From NCBI GenBank assembly GCA_002269645.1, contig NIVC01000032.1:248001-312000 (forward strand): 64,000 nucleotides of DNA, read 5' to 3'. The notes beneath the pieces are model-generated. The model did no database searches and was not told where the DNA came from. It saw only the letters and a program-made list of their open reading frames with translations. This stretch comes from Macrostomum lignano. Its lineage: Eukaryota. This document shows, in pieces, positions 26,047 to 35,740 of this stretch. Made by a program: the position numbers and the translations under genes. Position 1 is the stretch's first letter. Every line of letters starts with the position of its first letter.

Positions 26047-26820
26047 TGAAGAGTTTATTGGGTGGTGATCAGTCACTCAATAACTCCCACTTCTAGACAC
26101 TGGGGAACAAGTGCCTAGGTATAAACAAAATCGAATAACTCTTACTGCAGCGGATCCTCTTGAGGTTGGTAGTCGGCTGTTGTCTCTTGGAGACCTTAAC
26201 TTTATCTGTGGGTCGACCAAAACGAGAGCGAATCAGAATTCTTGACGGTCCTCGAGCTCGGAATTCACAATAGAACGTGCGCCCTTATGAACAATTGAAT
26301 TCTTTAAATCTCTGTAGTAGGTCCTCCTGAAGGGCGTCTTCTTCGTTACGTCCGAAACGTAACGAATAACTCAAATCAACTCAATAAATCCTCTAGGAAT
26401 GTATCCTAGGAAACAAGGAGGCCTTTCTCAAATGTGTCGACAATAAGTGGCTCTCGTAAACTCAATTAATCAAATTATTAGTGCTAAAGCAAAGAACTAA
26501 ATTGGGTAACGCTTACCAATCTGTCCGGATTTCTTCTCTCAGAGATGGATCTTCTTGGTTAACGTAATCCAAAGTCTTCCTTGAGACCGCTCCGAGTCTG
26601 AATTTTTGACTCGGTTTTCGATTTTATTTATAGTAAATTTTTGGTGAAAAACTGGTTTAAAATCTGTTATTTACTTAGTTCACGTATGTTTGATTAAGAG
26701 GTCATGAATGTTTGATCATTACCGAATATGGAATTAAACAAATACAACTCCCGAGAACCGGTTTCTTGATCAAATAAACGTCGGTCCTACGTAGGGCTCT
26801 GAGTCACTTGTGTTTTCACC
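26047..26820 (-). mobile_element. Possible solo LTR or TE fragment
   Basis: Complex sequence between two CTCA-rich tracts; on the minus strand a TATA-like CTATAAATAAAA (~26625) precedes AATAAACTCTTCA ending in CA at 26047. No TSD confirmed. Confidence 0.25.
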
Positions 26821-27068
26821 TGACTCATTCTAAAAATAGAATTTCTAAAAATAGATATGACTCATCATGACTCATTTTAAAAATTGATTGCGAGTTTAAA
26901 TTAATTTTATTAGAATATTACCCTTAAGTAGTGCATTACGGTATGACTAACGGCTCTCTACACTCCCACTCTTTCTCTAACTCTCACTCACTGTCTCATT
27001 CTCACTCTCACTCTCACTCTCCCACTCTTACTCTCACTCTCACTCACTCCCTCGCTATGCAGTTCCAG

Positions 27069-27209
27069 CGTCTGCGCGGTTACTCGGTGAGCGAGGCGGA
27101 GCGCCAGGGTCACTCATCTGGCGACGGCGCCGGCGCCGTTGGAGGCGGCAGCGCCTCGTCGTACCCGGGCGATCCAATGTCGCACTTCATGCACGACCGT
27201 CGCCAGTCT

Positions 27210-27246
<37 letters not shown>

Positions 27247-27383
27247 GTCAGTCGTGGCTCGGCCGAGCCCTGTACACCCTCTCCGGCGCTGGAATTTCCA
27301 GCGAAGAGGCCGAAGAAGATGGCCATGCTGATGCGGATCGAGACGATTATAGTCGGGGATTCGATGGCGGCGAGATGGACTGA
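27069..27383 (+). CDS. Candidate BH3-only protein, terminal coding exon
   Basis: Pyrimidine-rich tract, then tandem phase-0 acceptors (ATGCAG| 27062/27063 or TTCCAG| 27068/27069); RLRGYS, RRQS twice, poly-Q, stop TGA 27381-27383. The four exons sum to 1482 nt (494 codons). Confidence 0.65.
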
Positions 27384-27544
27384 TGTGATTTGATGAAGCT
27401 GTTGTCAAATTTGAAATTCTACTGTTGTGTGGACATACTCGATGACAGGGTAAATGCTGTATTGATGTATATATGTTCATATATATCCCATCATTTAGAC
27501 ATTTGGGCTTGTTGGGGTTGAGCTTTTGTTCAGTATTGTTGAGC

Positions 27545-28030
27545 TTATTTATATATAGTTTCTCTGCTCTGCTCTCTACTCTGTTTACTCTGCTCTCTAT
27601 TCTGTCTACTCTGTTCTCTACTCTGTCTACTTTTCTCTCTACTCTGTCTACTCTGCTCTCTACTCTGTCTACTCTGCTCTCTATTCTGTCTACTCTGTTC
27701 TCTACTCTGTCTACTTTTCTCTCTACTCTGTCTACTCTGCTCTCTACTATGTCTACTCTGCTCTCTACTCTGTCTACTCTGTCTACTCTGTCTACTCTGC
27801 TCTCTACTCTGTCTGCTCTCTACTATGTCTACTCTGCTCTCTACTCTGTCTACTCTGTCTACTCTGTCTACTCTGCTCTCTACTCTGTCTGCTCTCTACT
27901 ATGTCTACTCTGCTCTCTACTCTGTCTACTCTGTCTACTCTGATATGTCTACTCTACTATCCACCGTGTCTACTCTACTCTATTCTGTTTCTACTCTACT
28001 CTACTCTATGTCAGTCTACTCTCTCAGCTC
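27545..28030. repeat. CTACTCTG-based degenerate tandem repeat in the putative 3' UTR
   Basis: Repeated CTACTCTGTCTACTCTGCTCT. Confidence 0.9.
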
Positions 28031-28124
28031 TCAAATTGACTTTCTACTCTACTATTTACCCTCTAATCTACCGTCTGTTCTCAACTCCCTTACTCGCTAA
28101 TGCTTCTTTCTACTCTCTTTAGAT

Positions 28125-28140
28125 ACTCTCTCTATCTCTC

Positions 28141-28220
<80 letters not shown>
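28125..28220. repeat. (CT)n microsatellite
   Basis: Direct reading. Confidence 0.98.
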
Positions 28221-28222
<2 letters not shown>

Positions 28223-28564
28223 AAAACTTTAATATCCCAAACGTTTTTCGCAGTTTTTTAAATCTGATATTTTGTACATATCGACACAATCGGGCAATCG
28301 GTTTCTAAGTTTCCAAACCTAATAGTAGCTTCCACAATACTCTACTGCCAAGTTGTGAATCTTAGCTCTGTGTTGTTCGTTTCACCTCGAACTTGCTGTT
28401 GCTGGACATCTTTTGTACAGCACCTGTACATATTCTCTATTAGTAAAAGATAAATAGTTCGATTTGTACAGCTTTCGAGTGTGTTTTTTTATTCGCGCGA
28501 AATTTAACTGCTTGAATGTCTGTCTATTGTTATTATTTGTACATATTAATTGCCTGTCATCAAT

Positions 28565-28570
28565 AATAAA
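28565..28570 (+). terminator. Candidate polyadenylation signal of the BH3-only gene
   Basis: AATAAA followed by T-rich sequence ~1.2 kb after the stop. Confidence 0.35.
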
Positions 28571-29460
28571 TCATCTTTAATTTTAATCTCATCTTAATAC
28601 TGTTTTTGTAAATAATTTAATTTCAAAAACCATTGGAAACCCTGCATCTACGTGGAAATTAATTTTTTTTCTAGTTGCAATTGTAACAATACAGTAACAT
28701 GCTTGGATACTACTGTGAGTAAGCTAAATCTGCTTATAACCTTATTCAGCCAAAGACAATTCAAACAGAATTTAAAACTCGCCAATTAACAAAACCTTTT
28801 TTTCAGATATTGCATCAGTGTTTTGTATAGATTAAATTGCGTTTATTTGTAATTTGCAATTTGATTTTGTGTTTTTTTCTTTTTTTAAGTAAGTAGGCTA
28901 CAGTAGTAGTATGTGCGGGTTGTGTTTTCTGTCTATTTTGAATTATTTTCTGGCATTTTTTCGCGTTTTTTTCAATTCTGTATTTGTGAAGTTTTGAGCA
29001 ATCTGACACCATCAAGTGCTAAAACTCCTTGATAGCGCAAGCTAGTATCTCTATGTTTGTTTTTTGTGTTTTCTTGTTTACTTCCTGGATAATTATTAAT
29101 TTTAATACAATCAAACTAAATCGATAATCCTAAAACAATGATGGGTATTTAAGTAACTATTATAGTTCAACACAACATTTATTTAAATTTGAAATTACCT
29201 GAATGCAAAACAGTTTTGACAATTCTATTAATAATTTGTAATGTTATAAAATTGAAATGCGTAAAACTCAGTCAGTCAGCCAGTCAGCAGTGTTAATAAA
29301 TGTCAGTAATTTCTGTTTTCACGGAAAGTTTTGTTTTAATATGTTGTGATCTTGGAAAGAAATAAATTTAACAAAAAAACTTAATAAATTTTCTTTTATT
29401 AAAACATTCGGTTTTTAATTGTTTTGATCGAATATTATGCTTTGTTTATTCGTGTTAGAG

Positions 29461-29636
29461 GACGGGGGTCAGATGAGAGCTGTTGGTGCGTCAGATGAGA
29501 GCTGTTGGTGCGTCAGATGAGAGCTGTTGGGGTCAGATGGCAGCTGTTGGGGTCATATAGGGGCTGCTGGGGTCAGATGGGAGCTGTTGGGGTCAGATGG
29601 GAGCTGTTGGGGGGGGTCAGATGGGAGCTGTTGGGG
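29461..29636. repeat. 20-bp minisatellite
   Basis: Unit GGGGTCAGATGGGAGCTGTT. Confidence 0.9.
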
Positions 29637-29869
29637 TGACAGCGCTGAGACACTGTTCGGGACTTTGTTTACCTGTGTTTACCTAGCCACTCTTGTCCTT
29701 GTTTTTGAGCTGCAGGAATATAGCCATCCTATAGAGCCTCGCCATCCAGGAATGTGCTGGCAGATGCAAATTTGCTTGTCAGTTTGTCGTCCTCGGAGCC
29801 CTTTTTAAGTTCTTTTGGTACATGTATAATATACGATCGTTCAAGGACCAACTAGAAGTTACCGTTACC

Positions 29870-30487
29870 ATCTCCCATCCCAGACCCCAAACCTACAACT
29901 ACGAGCGTACATCTCCCATCCCAGACCCCAAACCTACAACTACGAGCGTACATCTCCCATCCCAGACCCCAAACCTACAACTACGAGCGTACATCTCCCA
30001 TCCCAGACCCCAAACCTACAACTACGAGCGTACATCTCCCATCCCAGACCCCAAACCTACAACTACGAGCGTACATCTCCCATCCCAGACCCCAAACCTA
30101 CAACTACGAGCGTACATCTCCCATCCCAGACCCCAAACCTACAACTACGAGCGTACATCTCCCATCCCAGACCCCAAACCTACAACTACGAGCGTACATC
30201 TCCCATCCCAGACCCCAAACCTACAACTACGAGCGTACATCTCCCATCCCAGACCCCAAACCTACAACTACGAGCGTACATCTCCCATCCCAGACCCCAA
30301 ACCTACAACTACGAGCGTACATCTCCCATCCCAGACCCCAAACCTACAACTACGAGCGTACATCTCCCATCCCAGACCCCAAACCTACAACTACGAGCGT
30401 ACATCTCCAATCCCAGACCCCAAACCTACAACTACGAGCGTACATCTCCCATCCCAGACCCCAAACCTACAACTACGAGCGTACATT
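29870..30487. repeat. 41-bp minisatellite (~15 near-identical copies)
   Basis: Unit CATCTCCCATCCCAGACCCCAAACCTACAACTACGAGCGTA. Confidence 0.98.
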
Positions 30488-30995
30488 TAGATCAAAAGTT
30501 CATTCGGAGTGACTGTATCAATTTCTACTTTCCAAAGCACTCATATTTTAACAATAATTTTCCAGCTAAAAGTACCTGTGCCCATGCATATAAAACACAA
30601 AACAATAAACCACTGAGGAAAATGCAACACAGAAGCGAGCGCTGATCTGCAGCGAGTGAGGAGAATTTAAACAAACTGCATGCCATTTTTGCTGAAATTC
30701 AATTTAACAGTCAATTGTCCCAATTTCGGGTGCTGAAACTTCTAGAAAAATAAAAACAATCAGAGAAGTGTTGAGGGCCAACGTGAATCTTAGCTACATG
30801 CATAATATTTAATGTGCTTCTATTCAATAAATATCAATTCTGAACAGACTGGACATAATGAACAAATATCAGACAAAGAAGGTCATCGCATGTAAAAATC
30901 CTATAATAACAAAAACTCGACCGAAACCCGGCCTCCATAAATCAGTCACTAAGAGAAACCCCACATTTAGATTATTATTCGGCCTGTGAATAAAA

Positions 30996-32732
30996 TTAGG
31001 ATGCACTGAACACCTGCAGTTTCCTGTTGCCATGGTCAGCCACCACCAGCTGCTCGCGCGGACCTCCAGTCACCACCGCCAGACCCAATGGCCTGTCGAA
31101 CCTGTCGTCTCCGCTGCCGCACTCACCCGGAGTCCCCAGAGTCCACAGCAGCGACCCGTCGTCTGCAGCCACCGCTCGCACTGACTCACCACCGAATTCA
31201 CTCACGAACAGGCGGCCTCTGCTGTCGACGGCCACATCAATTGGATGAGCAAACTGTTGGAGGCCGGAACGCTGAGTCGGGAAGGAGGCGACCAGCTGCT
31301 GGGTGTCGATGCGCACTCTGTGCACCTGCTTATGCTCCCTGTCGATCACCAGAATGCAGTTTTCGTGAGTCGCCAGGTTGCGCAAATAAGCATGAGGACG
31401 CTGAGACAGCGTGATGACCGTCTCCATCTGCCAAGTCGCTTTGCTGAATGAAGCAATTTTGTTTCCACTGGACACAAACACGGAGGCTGCGTTGCCGCCG
31501 ATTCCCCAGATGCCCTTAAAGCCCTCGATGTGTGGGCGGACTCGAATCACCACGCGACCGCTCAGGTCCGTCACTGTCACTGCGTCAGGCTGAGCAATGA
31601 ACAGCAGCTGACGGTCGCAGTGAAGGCCACGAATGTCCTTCTCCCAGTCGATGTCGCAGTGGCACCGCAGCTTCTGTGAGCCGTCCACAGAAAGCACCAG
31701 TAGGTATTCTCTGTGATAGAATGATGCAAGGATGCAGGGCTTCTGTGAGCCGTCCACACACAGCAGCAGTAGGTGATCTTTCTTGCTCGTGAAGCTAGAG
31801 AATGATGCAAAGATGCAGGGCTGAGGCAGAGGTTTTCTGCGGTCTCCCGCTGAATTGGCGGGAACCACACGGCCTGAGGTGTCACACACGAATCCGCTGG
31901 TGTCGCTGCACACAACCAGCCATGTAACATCGCCATCCAGCTTCACCTCGTGACTGAAGACCATCGGCTCTAACATTCTCTCTCTCTCAGCGGCTATATC
32001 TCTGTCTATCTCCTCGGATGTCGCGGTCACCGCAGCGTCTCTCGACCAGTCGCCCTCTTCACTGCGTCCCGCACAAATGCCGACCAGCCGCTCGAGCTGG
32101 CCCAGAAGCCGCAGCTGCAGCTCCTCATTGTCGCTCTGGTCTCTGAGCAGCCGCTCTGACCTCTCAAAGTCGGCCTCCAAGTCTCCAAGCGATTCGTGCA
32201 TGGACTGCACCAGGCGAAGCAGCTCCGCCATGTCGCCTGCAGCCTCCACAGTGGCCACCTCCTGCTTGTAGCTGGAGACGTCCTCGAGGTCCCGCTCGCA
32301 CACACGCACTGCCTCAAGCACACCTGAGAGCTGGCCCGTCACCCTGCTACGAAACGAGTCGATGTGTTGCTGTACCAAATCGAATTTGTGATTGACCTCT
32401 TGCAGCTGCTGTTGGATGTCGAGAGCGAGACGACGCAGCGACTCAGCGTCTTGTCTTGGTCGCATCAGCGCTGCACGGCTGGCTGCATTTGCTGCACCTT
32501 GTGAGTCTTGTGAGTCTTGTGACTCTTGTGAGTAGGCACGCAGCAGCTCTTCGACCTCCTCCTTGAGCTTGAATAGATTGGCCACATCGACACTGAGGTG
32601 TTGACTGCACATGTGGCAGCGGGAGAACGGAGCCACACCGACTGCAGCTTGGTCGCAGATGATGCAGAGAGGAGTTGGGGTAGCGGGAGGCGCGTCCGAA
32701 CTCGAGCTGTCGCTGGAGTCTTCAAGGCTCAT
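30996..32732 (-). CDS. B-box-like/coiled-coil/NHL-repeat protein (RING-less TRIM-NHL-like), paralog 1, 578 aa
   Basis: CxxC-x12-CxxC-xxH zinc motif, long coiled coil, C-terminal NHL blades (FAHPIDVAVDSRGRLFVSE; FDRPLGLAVV...VVADHGNRKLQVF); uninterrupted ORF. Confidence 0.85.
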   Translation of the reverse strand: MSLEDSSDSSSSDAPPATPTPLCIICDQAAVGVAPFSRCHMCSQHLSVDVANLFKLKEEVEELLRAYSQESQDSQDSQGAANAASRAALMRPRQDAESLRRLALDIQQQLQEVNHKFDLVQQHIDSFRSRVTGQLSGVLEAVRVCERDLEDVSSYKQEVATVEAAGDMAELLRLVQSMHESLGDLEADFERSERLLRDQSDNEELQLRLLGQLERLVGICAGRSEEGDWSRDAAVTATSEEIDRDIAAERERMLEPMVFSHEVKLDGDVTWLVVCSDTSGFVCDTSGRVVPANSAGDRRKPLPQPCIFASFSSFTSKKDHLLLLCVDGSQKPCILASFYHREYLLVLSVDGSQKLRCHCDIDWEKDIRGLHCDRQLLFIAQPDAVTVTDLSGRVVIRVRPHIEGFKGIWGIGGNAASVFVSSGNKIASFSKATWQMETVITLSQRPHAYLRNLATHENCILVIDREHKQVHRVRIDTQQLVASFPTQRSGLQQFAHPIDVAVDSRGRLFVSEFGGESVRAVAADDGSLLWTLGTPGECGSGDDRFDRPLGLAVVTGGPREQLVVADHGNRKLQVFSAS

Positions 32733-33477
32733 TGTTTGTCAGGAAATTTGCTATTTTTGAAAAAAAATATTGAAGTGCTTAGACAAAGTGAACTACATTC
32801 AAAGTTGCTTAAATCGGTTCCCTTTTCATAGGAAATGGCTGTGCATGCAGTTTTGTGTTCGATGACTGATGGATGTTTTATGATATGTACAAAAAAGTTT
32901 GTGTGGTAAAATTTATTTTTCGTTTTTATGCCAGATAAATGTTTTTGTTATAATTATATAAAAGTACAAAATTCAAATCAACTCAAATTGCTGATTAGGT
33001 GCTCACAGTGGGAACTGAGCAGCCTGCCAGGAATGGACAATGCAGCTCTTCTCTCCCCGTCTGTCTGTCTCTCCTGTGCAGGCATTGAACACCGCGGATT
33101 TCTATCCCCATTTTGAACAGCTGGGGTACTCAGCGGGCTGAGAGTCACCCTCTTCAGTAATTTCCATTCATAGTGCTGTACAAGCTGTGTATACTGCCTC
33201 TGCTATTGACTGCACTACTATCGGTTTTTTCTGACCGTCCTAAGTCTGAAGTAATACAACTTTAATCATTTCTGCCCCCAGGCAGAGCTGTGGCTGGCTT
33301 ACGAGTAAGCAGCATGAAAACTGACGTCAATATTGAAACCGAAAATCAAGGGAAATCTTGCAGCAAGAAGAGCTAAAAGCAATTTATTAACAAACTTTTT
33401 TGCGAAGTTCTAAATGCTCGAATTTTAAGTTGGCTGGCTGAATTGGTGGCTTAAAATAGTTTGAAGGACTCTGGGAA

Positions 33478-33901
33478 TGGGGAAGGGCTGGGGATAGGGG
33501 AGGCTGGGATAGGGAAGGCTGGGGTGGGGAAGGCTGGGATGGGGAAGGCTGGGATGGGGAAGGCTGGGGTGGAGAAGGCTGGGGATGGGGAAGGCTGGGG
33601 TGGGGAAGGCTGGGATGGGGAAGGCTGGGGTGGAGAAGGCTGGGATGGGGAAGGCTGGGGATGGGGAAGGCTGGGGTGGGGAAGGCTGGGATGGGGAAGG
33701 CTGGGGTGGGGAATGCTGGGATGGGGAAGCCTTGGGTGTGGAAGGCTGGGATGGGGAATGCTGGGGTGGTGAAGGCTGGGGTGGGGAAGGCTGGGGATGG
33801 GAAGGCTGGGGTGGGGAAGGCTGGGATGGGGGAGGCTGGGGTGGGGAAAGCTGGGATGGGGAAGGCTGGGATGGGGGGAGGCTGGGATGGGGAAGCTGGG
33901 C
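33478..33901. repeat. 15-bp G-rich minisatellite just 3' of the EF-hand gene stop
   Basis: Unit GGGGAAGGCTGGGRT. Confidence 0.95.
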
Positions 33902-33924
33902 GCCAATCCCAGCCGCGCTCTCCA

Positions 33925-34941
33925 TCACTTTGAGCTCGGCCTCTTCCCTGACGGCCTTTCTGGCTGCTCATCCCGCAGCCCACTGCTCATCTCCGCGAAC
34001 TCGTCAAAGGAGATGAAGCCGTCCTGATTGGTGTCCGCGGTGCTGAACATCTCGACGATGTCGGAGTCGCTGAGCTCCGCGCTGCCGACGCTGGGCCTCA
34101 TGGCCTGGCGCAGCTCCGTCATGGAGATCTTGCCGTCCCTGTTCCTGTCGATGGCGCGGAACAGGTCGCTGATGTCGGAGTCCATCAGGCGGAGACTCAG
34201 CTCGGTGCCGTGCCGCTGCATCATGTCGCAGAATCCGCTGAAGTCCAGGTGACCGGGCGGCGCCTTCGAGTTGGCGTCCCGCTGAGCTTCGATCATGGCG
34301 TCCAGCTCGGACTGAGATGCCGCGATGTTGAGCTGCTGCATCAGCTGGCCGAGATCGCTGGCATCGATGAGGCCGTCTTTGTTGTGGTCAGCCAGCTTGA
34401 ATGCCGCCTGCAGCTGGTCTTTGTTGAGCGCGGAGTTTTTGTTCTCCTGCTGCTGGTCATTGCTGACGTTGGAGTCTTTGTTCTCCCGCTGCTGGTCATT
34501 GTTGACGCCGGAGTCTTTGTTCTCCTGCTGCTGGTCATTGCTGACGTTGGAGTCTTTGTTCTCCCGCTGCTGGTCATTGTTGACGCCGGAGTCTTTGTTC
34601 TCCTGCTGCTGGTCATTGTTGACGTTGGAGTCTTTGTTCTCCCGCTGCTGGTCATTGTTGACGTTGGAGTTTTTGTTCTCCCGCTGCTGGTCATTTCTGA
34701 CGTCGGAGTCTTTGTTCTCCTGCTGCTGGTCATTTCTGACGTCGGAGTCTTTGTTCTCCTGCTGCTGGTCATTGTTGACGTCGGAGTCTTTGTTCTCCTG
34801 GTGCTGGTCATTGCTGATGTTGTAGTCTTTGTTCTCCTGCTGCTGGTCTTTTTTCTCCGGGGCGTCACTGTCCGCCCGTCTTTGTCCGGGTGCAGCCGAT
34901 GACTTGCTGCTGGCAGCCGCTGTCGACCTCCTGTGAGCCAT
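33925..34941 (-). CDS. Calmodulin-like four-EF-hand protein with an N-terminal 13-aa repeat
   Basis: ATG at 34941 (MAHRRST); ~11 copies of NDQQQENKDSDVN (39 bp); loops DHNKDGLIDASD, degenerate DANSKAPPGHLDFSG, DRNRDGKISMTE, DTNQDGFISFDE; stop TGA 33925-33927. Confidence 0.88.
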   Translation of the reverse strand: MAHRRSTAAASSKSSAAPGQRRADSDAPEKKDQQQENKDYNISNDQHQENKDSDVNNDQQQENKDSDVRNDQQQENKDSDVRNDQQRENKNSNVNNDQQRENKDSNVNNDQQQENKDSGVNNDQQRENKDSNVSNDQQQENKDSGVNNDQQRENKDSNVSNDQQQENKNSALNKDQLQAAFKLADHNKDGLIDASDLGQLMQQLNIAASQSELDAMIEAQRDANSKAPPGHLDFSGFCDMMQRHGTELSLRLMDSDISDLFRAIDRNRDGKISMTELRQAMRPSVGSAELSDSDIVEMFSTADTNQDGFISFDEFAEMSSGLRDEQPERPSGKRPSSK

Positions 34942-35257
34942 CGGCGCACGAAATCGGCAGGTTAAAAGTTCCAAAGAGCTTCAACTTCACGTTGCTTTTT
35001 TAATTCACACAGCATTCCTGGTTACCGAGATTTGTCTATGGCTGCAGCTTCAGACTAAGCCGAGCTCAATTGTTTCTCTATATGTAAAACCGTCGATATT
35101 CTCAAAGACTCGTGTGCCATGTTGACTCAGACTCAGACTCAATGGTGCTCATTGAAAAATCAGAAAATTAAACGTTGAAGCTTGATTAAACAGCAAATCA
35201 TCCTGCGATGTCATTGAAACAGCCATATAGGTTGCTACTCAAGGCCTTGGGTGCCGA

Positions 35258-35705
35258 TCTCAGATCCCCATCCAAGATCCCCATACCAGATCCCCATCCC
35301 AGATCCCCATCCCAGACCCCCATCCCAGATCCCCATCCCAGACCCCCATCCCAGATCCCCATACCAGATTCCCATCCCAGATCCCCATACCAGATTCCCA
35401 TCCCAGATCCCCATCACAGATCCCATACCAGATCCCCATACCAGATCCCCATCCCAGATCCCCATACCAGATCCCCATCACAGATCCCCATACCAGATCC
35501 CCATACCAGATCCCCATACCAGATCCCCATCCCAGATCCCCATACCAGATCCCCATCACAGATCCCCATACCAGATTCACATCCCAGATCCCCATCACAG
35601 ATCCCCATACCAGATCCCCATACCAGATCCCCATCCCAGATCCCCATACCAGATCCCCATACCAGATTCCCATCTCAGATCCCCATCTCAGATCCCCATC
35701 TCAGA
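35258..35705. repeat. 13-bp minisatellite
   Basis: Unit CAGATCCCCATAC/CAGATCCCCATCC. Confidence 0.95.
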
Positions 35706-35740
35706 TATTACACAAAATGAAAGAAACATGGCAGAAAGTG

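Noticed and set aside
29822-30490. 222-aa Pro/Thr-rich ORF
   Set aside because: Three 41-bp units per 41-aa period; pure repeat.
33387-34016. Pro-rich and Gly-rich ORFs, including one starting MGCGMSS (myristoylation-like)
   Set aside because: Overlap the EF-hand stop and a 15-bp array; artefacts.
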